DNA from: Octopus vulgaris
Lineage: Eukaryota
Length of the DNA: 64,000 bases
Direction of reading: 5' to 3'
NCBI GenBank assembly: GCA_951406725.2
Contig: OX597822.1
Coordinates: 118,234,001-118,298,000 of the forward strand
Part shown: piece by piece, positions 57,527 through 64,000 of the stretch
Numbering within the stretch: the stretch's first letter is position 1
How the letters are laid out: every line of letters begins with the position of its first letter
Position numbers and translations under genes: made by a program
The notes under the pieces: generated by a model
Told to the model about the DNA's origin: nothing
The model's database searches: none
What the model saw: the letters and a program-made list of their open reading frames with translations, nothing else

Positions 57527-58713
57527 CAGTAGCAGGGAAATTATTAAGGCCAACTTCTGAGAGAAGTTTATGCTATTCCTTGCTGCCAAGAGGACGGACA
57601 TGTTGATGACTGTGTTCATTGATATATGACCCAATTAAAGCCAGTGCTAGAGAAATATTTTATATTATTTTATAAACTTTTTATAAAAGAAATTTTTATA
57701 TAAAACTATTTCATCTTTTTGTTTTATTCTTTATTTTTATTTTGTATATCTTATTAAATCTTTATATATCTTTATACCCCCCTATATATTTGTGTAGCTT
57801 CTACAGATTGTAGAGGAGTTTATAATTTCTTTACATAAAACTCACCGTATAATATAATACAATGTTGTATTTTTATTTGTACCTATAATTACTCATTATG
57901 TTTTATAAATTTATGTGTGTGCGTGTGTGATATTTTTATACATTCTTATACTTTTTTCCTAGTGCTTGTAATTTATGAATAATTTTTTTCAAAGCCTTGT
58001 GACCTTTCTTTTATATATTAAAGTATCCCATTATTAGGCTTTAATTTTAATTTCTATCCTTTTCCTATATATTGGTTTAAAAAAATTTCTGTATTTAATA
58101 TACTAAATTTGCTAAGTTATGAATTACTCTATCCCGTAACCCTCAATTCTAATCCCCCACCCATAGCGCTCATATTACTTATCTTTTTTGTTTATTTGTT
58201 TTTTATTTCATTATATTCCCCTTTATTTGATAATCTAAATAAATATTGGCCACGCCTATCCTTCCTTCTTCTCGTTATCACCTCTTCTCCATCAACCATT
58301 CTCTTACTAACAGCTCTGAGGCATAACGTTTTATGTAGATAAAGCTCGATGTATGGTTCCAGTAAAATATGGGTCTGGGAGATTGTATGATATTAATTGA
58401 TTTATCAACATCAACTAGAAATACAGTTGACAACTCCCAATGGACTTAATTCTGAATGATTGTAGACTACATGCTGCATAAAACCTTCTAAATATAAATA
58501 ACTATCTCACCACTCCTATATCTTGATCACCGCTGTTTTCCTCTGCTACTCGCTAAATTACAGTAGGCTTAATAAGATATGCATTTTTTTTTTCTAAACT
58601 TATTCTGCCTCAAAAATAACATAAGGAAACAATGTAATTATTTTGGTTTCTGGTATTAATATAAATTCGTTAAAAATGGTTTATCTTTTATGTTGGGAAT
58701 CTAAATGGTCGTC

Positions 58714-58798
58714 TGCAGTGAGGAGAGCGGTTTCTTTCAAATTGACGTAATGTTTTCGTTTATCGATTAAATGGAGCCGCTCGAAACGGTCGTAATGT
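58714..58798 (+). ncRNA. Decayed long-helix-II hammerhead
   Basis: Reads GTGAGGA-gagcggtttc...ggagccgctc-GAAAC-ggtc-GTA-atg. The helix II base is strong, the first core C is mutated and helix I is weak. Confidence 0.5.
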
Positions 58799-59149
58799 AT
58801 TGATACCTAAACATCCTTGTTACTTATTTACATTCTGTTCACTTAACTTGGAGCTGTTCGGTTTATACCGAACTGACTTTGTGCCCCAATTTAAGTACCT
58901 AAATCAACTGAATCTTAATTATATATATATATTCAGATATGTATATACATATATTCAGATATGTATGCATGCATGTGTATATGTATGTGTATGTATATAA
59001 AATATATATATACACACACACATAGTGCACAGACACGTATGCAGATGTGTATAAACGTTACCCATGTAGAAAAGAGTAGATTTTAGAAATAGCAAATTTC
59101 AAATGTGTATGTATGAGTGTTTATGAATGCGTGAATGTCTCTCTCTCCA

Positions 59150-59204
<55 letters not shown>

Positions 59205-60102
59205 TCTGATTGTTTGTGAGTGCATGTGCGCGCACTTCATAATAAACGACTTTGATACATGTCTTCTGAGATGAAATAAATGATAAGAGATTCCATTAGG
59301 CATTTCTTGTTTTCTCTCTGTCTCAGTCTTTGTCTCTCTCTCTCTCTCCTTCTCTTTCTCTCTATCTCACACTCTCTCTCTCTCTCTCTCTCTCTTCTCA
59401 TCCCTCCCTCTCTTTGCCTCTCTCCTATGAATCTCTTTATTTTATTCTAAACTTCAGATCTTTTGGAAATTGGTTTTTTGATGAGAAAACATTGTACCTA
59501 ATCCTTTGCTTCTGCAATAAAACATCACGGCGATACCCTCCACCTTGCATTTACAGTAAATAACTCTAAATAGAGAAGAGAAAATATTCAATCTAAATAG
59601 AGAATATAAAGTCAAATATAGATCTGTGGAAACATTCCATTCTAAGGGATCTTGGCTGGGGTTTTTTTTTTTTTTTTTTTCCAAAGTTTTATCAGTTTCT
59701 TAAGATGGTTACTTTATGTTAATTTTGGGTAATCTATGCAGAGACAAAAAAACTAAAATGGTTAAAATTCTGTTCTGACAGCCATGTTTCTCTAAATGAA
59801 ACCTACGTTTTGTTGGAAGGCAAGTGGATGTTGTTTTATTATGGGCGTGTTAATCATTATTCTTCGTTTGGCTGTTCACAATATTAGGTGAGCCGTGTGT
59901 GAAAACAATAATGACCACTAGAATATTTATTTCAGTTTTCATATATTTTTAGTAACCCACATCGCTTATATTTACGTGTGTACATATAAATAATTCAATG
60001 TATCAATGTTCATGAAGCAGCAGTTTTCAGTAATTCTGCATACTCGATATTCTGAAAATAGTAACTGAAGACAATATTATGAAATAGTTCGTAATAATTG
60101 AA

Positions 60103-60515
60103 GGCGCAGGAGTGGCTGTGTGGTAAGTAGCTTGCTTACCAGCCACATAGTTCCGGGTTCAGTCCCACTGCGTGGCATCTTGGGCAAGTGTCTTCTACTA
60201 TAGCCTCGGGCTGACCAAAGCCTTGTGAGTGGATTTGGTAGACGGAAACTGAAAGAAGCCCATCGTATATATGTATGTTTATATATGTATGTGTGTGTAT
60301 GTGTTTGTGTGTCTGTGTTTGTCCCCCCCCCCAACATCGCTTGACAACTGATGCTGGTGCGTTTACGTCCCCGTAACTTAGCGGTTCGGCAAAAGAGACC
60401 GATAGAATAAGTACTAGGCTAACAAAGAATAAGTCCTGGGGTCGATTTGCTCGACTAAAGGCGGTGCTCCAGCATGGCTACAATCAAATGACTGAAACAA
60501 GTAAAAGAGTAAAAA
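60103..60515 (+). mobile_element. SINE family A, full-length reference copy (octopus OK/OR-type tRNA-derived SINE)
   Basis: A-box TGGCTGTGTGG and B-box GGTTCAGTCCC, a CORE-like CTTGGGCAAGTGTCTT segment, an internal (TG)n and an (AGTAAAAG) tail. More than 10 relatives occur in the window. Confidence 0.93.
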
Positions 60516-61928
60516 AGTAATTGAAGACAAAAAAAAGTAGAAATTAAAATTACCGCATGTAATCAATGTGCCTGATTTGAAATTACAGTTTTGGGTTGAC
60601 ACATTTTGTCTTATACGACATCAGCATGTTAAATAAGGAATTAGTTAAAGAGGGTGAGAAGCAAATTCCCTAAGCAGAGCGACGTAGTTTTATGTGGAAT
60701 GTTTAGTGGCTCTTAGTTGACGTTGAATTCGCCAACATTTTATAACTGTACGCTAAAATTTCCAGAACATTTGATCAAGCTATTTGGCCGGAAAACTCAC
60801 TTCCTTTGAGTTCGCCGCATAAATTATTACAAGACAGTCAGTACTGACTGGTCGAGTCATATTCACTTATGAGTTAATGCCTTTTATGGCGATATGGTAA
60901 TTCGTGATCTTGAGCTGAGAAAATCTGAGAGCCATAGCTCAAAACTGAACAGGAGCCTTTCTACAATATATTATCAGGTAACTTATGCAGTAGAACTTAC
61001 CTTAGAAGAGAGACTAGAAAACTTAAATGCTTAAAATTCTGTTATGGCAGCTTTGTCTTTCCAAATAAAATCTAGTGTGTTAAGCTCAATTTGTGAGGTT
61101 ATTACATTTGATCTCTTTCTCCACAAAGTTAGATATTCAAATTTTCTCTTCGTCATGATTTCAAATTCTTCCATGTCCATATTATTTTCCTCTCCCAGAC
61201 ACTTCAGTCATTTACTCTTCACTCTCTCTGGACAGGTAACATTATATTTTAAATAAGATATCAATATAGAGATATGTAAAGTTGTGAACCCACGATATGA
61301 TTGTTTAGTGAGATCCCTTACAAAGTTTCAATGACTGGATAAAGCGCTGAAGTAAATACATATCATTCACATAGATGGAAAGAGCGTCAATATTTTCTAA
61401 AATATAAGTATTTCACAAAAACTACAAATTATGTGTGCGCGTGCGCACACATACTCACACGAAATCGATGGAATAAGTTCTAGACTATTCTTTGACTAAA
61501 GCAATTTTAATAGATGCTGCCCAGTAACTGAAACAGTAAAAGAATAAGAATAACCAAATATATTGGGTACCAAGATTCTAAACTCATCAGCAGCCAATTT
61601 TGATTCTGTTTTAGTCACATTACTTCATTCTTTCGACCCAGTTCCATTTCCAATGTCCTTTGAATGGGACATGATTTTGACAATGTCAAGAAAAAATGGA
61701 AAGAAAATTGATCGATGCACTTTTGTGAACAAAACGATTCTAAGAGAAAAAAGATCTGTGAACAGAGATTGTTGCATATTGAGTGAAATATTTGAAGGAT
61801 CAAATTTTATACCAGTAAGTTAGAGATGCGTGGCGCCTTGGTCAAGCGTCGTGTACTGAAGCTTTGGGTCGGCCAATGCCTCTCTCTCGAGAGAAAGTTT
61901 GTTGATAGAAACTGTGAAGAAGCCCATC

Positions 61929-61970
<42 letters not shown>

Positions 61971-62796
61971 TTGTATGTATGTATTCTTTTACTTGTTTCA
62001 GTCATTCGACTGCGGCCATGCTGGAGCACCGCTTTTAGTCGAACAAAAACATGAGTGTGGGGGTGGGGTGGGGGTTATTGCGCCGTCTTCACAGATAATT
62101 GCCATCTTTATGCTTCCTCATTGTCAATTACATTTCCGATTTCCCATCCATGACCACTCATACGACTGTTCGATTCTACTGCCGATCTGCATGGTTTGAA
62201 GCATAGATGTAAGACAAAAAACACAATTTCCCCTGGATCGATATTGGTCGTTTTGTGGGATAAGGAGTTCCCCGATCAAAGGTTCTGACGTTTTTGACAT
62301 GAAATCGAACCTTTTCGTTGGTTAGTTCTGCACACATTGTCACATTCCATCAGCATAGAACTTTCAGAAGTTGAAATGACAAATGAGGTCGCCAAAAACA
62401 GACAATTGCACGTCGTTTGATTATAGAAATAAAAGAAACGATTGCAAAAAAGATGAAAAGCAAGAACTGATCACAGCGAGATTCGATCTCAGATTTCAAA
62501 GAGATCGAGTGATTATTGAAAAGCACTTTATTCGGCGCTACAGCGACTCGACCAATTTACTGGCTTTTATCCTCGAATATGTATGTATTAACGTACGTAC
62601 ATACGTATGTATGTACGTAGCTATGTACGAACTTGTTTGTGTATGTACATGCATGTGTGTGTACACATATATATATATGCATATATGTATATGTGTATAA
62701 TACATATATACATATACACATACATACATGTATACATATATATATACATACACATATGTATGTGTATATGTGTGTGTACGTATATGTATATGCATA

Positions 62797-62869
<73 letters not shown>

Positions 62870-63118
62870 GCAGACATACAGGGGGAGGGAAAAGAGAGCG
62901 AGAAAGGGCAGTTGAATATGATTAGTGATTGGACCATGACCAATAGTAATAATAAAAGTAAAAAAACTGAAAATGTCTGAAACATTAAAACGTGAGCGAA
63001 GTATTTAATGATTAAAAGAACGTTTCCGTACACTTATATTCATAGCAACACAGTACGGCAGCCACCATGTTTTATAATAGCAATGTAATAATGTATTGCA
63101 CTTCTTTTTGTATGTATG

Positions 63119-63191
<73 letters not shown>

Positions 63192-63539
63192 AGAGAGAGA
63201 GAGGCAGACTGACAGACAGACAGAGACAGAGAAAGCGAGAGATTTGTTATTCTCGGTAAAAATCCTGTTTATGACATATCAAATATGAAAGACTGACTGG
63301 AAATAATTAGAATAGAACATCAATAATGAGTTTTGCGAAATATTATTCCACTGTACAACGTTGGGAAGAACTTGAAATGAGGGTGACTTTTTGTTTTGTT
63401 ATTTTATATTCTTATGGGCTTTTTTTTAATTTTTTGGGTTTTTTTATATTTATGCATTTATTTACTTGTATAAATGTTGTTCTTGATCATCGCTATGGCT
63501 GCCGCCTCTCTTGCTATCATTGCTCTTACATTTTCCAAC

Positions 63540-63825
63540 AGTATTACAACCACAACAATAACAATTGTCTCTGCTATTATGAAACTATCAACAACAACAA
63601 CAACAACAACAGCAACACCACTAACAACAACATCGCCCATATCACTAATATTACCTCCAACACCAACACCACCACCACCATCAACAACAACACCAAGAAC
63701 ACCACTACCATTAACATCACCACTAACAACACCATCGCCACACAATCAACATCATTACCAACACCTTCACCATCACCAAAACCAACAACAGCACCACTAC
63801 CAACACCACCACCACCACCACCACT
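63540..63825. repeat. (CAA)/(CAC) low-complexity tract
   Basis: Direct reading. Confidence 0.85.
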
Positions 63826-64000
63826 GACATCACCTGTATCGTTCCTACACCATCCACAATATTGTCTTCGGTAAGAGTAGAAACAATCGGTATGGATGTA
63901 TGCGGGTATGGCTATGTGGCTATGAAGTTTACTTTCCAACTACGTGGTACCCTCTGCAGGGTACCTGTTCCGTGTTCAGAAGACAGTGACGTAACTTGGA

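Noticed and set aside
60580-61350. Possible decayed DNA-transposase remnant on the minus strand
   Set aside because: No convincing motif or terminal repeats could be read.
63474-63874. Signal-peptide plus mucin-like T/P-rich ORF
   Set aside because: It is explained by CAA/CAC low complexity, is open in several frames and has no splice support.

Overview
This is AT-rich, microsatellite-dense eukaryotic DNA. The SINE families suggest an octopus or other coleoid cephalopod, which is an inference from recalled consensus sequences. Nearly all ORF-track entries are translations of simple repeats. Supported content: a 4.7-kb (TATG)n array; a young 5'-truncated CR1/L2-group LINE; three Neptune-type Penelope-like elements (PLEs; RT + GIY-YIG), two of them with near-perfect inverted terminal arms; two decayed R4/Dong-type LINEs; an RTE 3' fragment nested in a SINE; two non-autonomous Helitrons; and many tRNA-derived SINEs of about three families. 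There is also one probable first coding exon of a claudin/PMP22-like membrane protein (23903-24089). The main signal the ORF track misses is a set of about 14 type I hammerhead-ribozyme (HHR) motifs on both strands, about 6 near-intact and the rest decayed. Several have unusually long helix II inserts (52-85 nt). Several lie in small ORF-less fold-back elements built as (TA)n - inverted arms - one-sided tail - (TA)n, which copies the layout of the PLEs in the same window. This points to a PLE-driven family of non-autonomous ribozyme-bearing hairpin elements. All motifs were read by eye; ribozyme activity and family assignments are untested.
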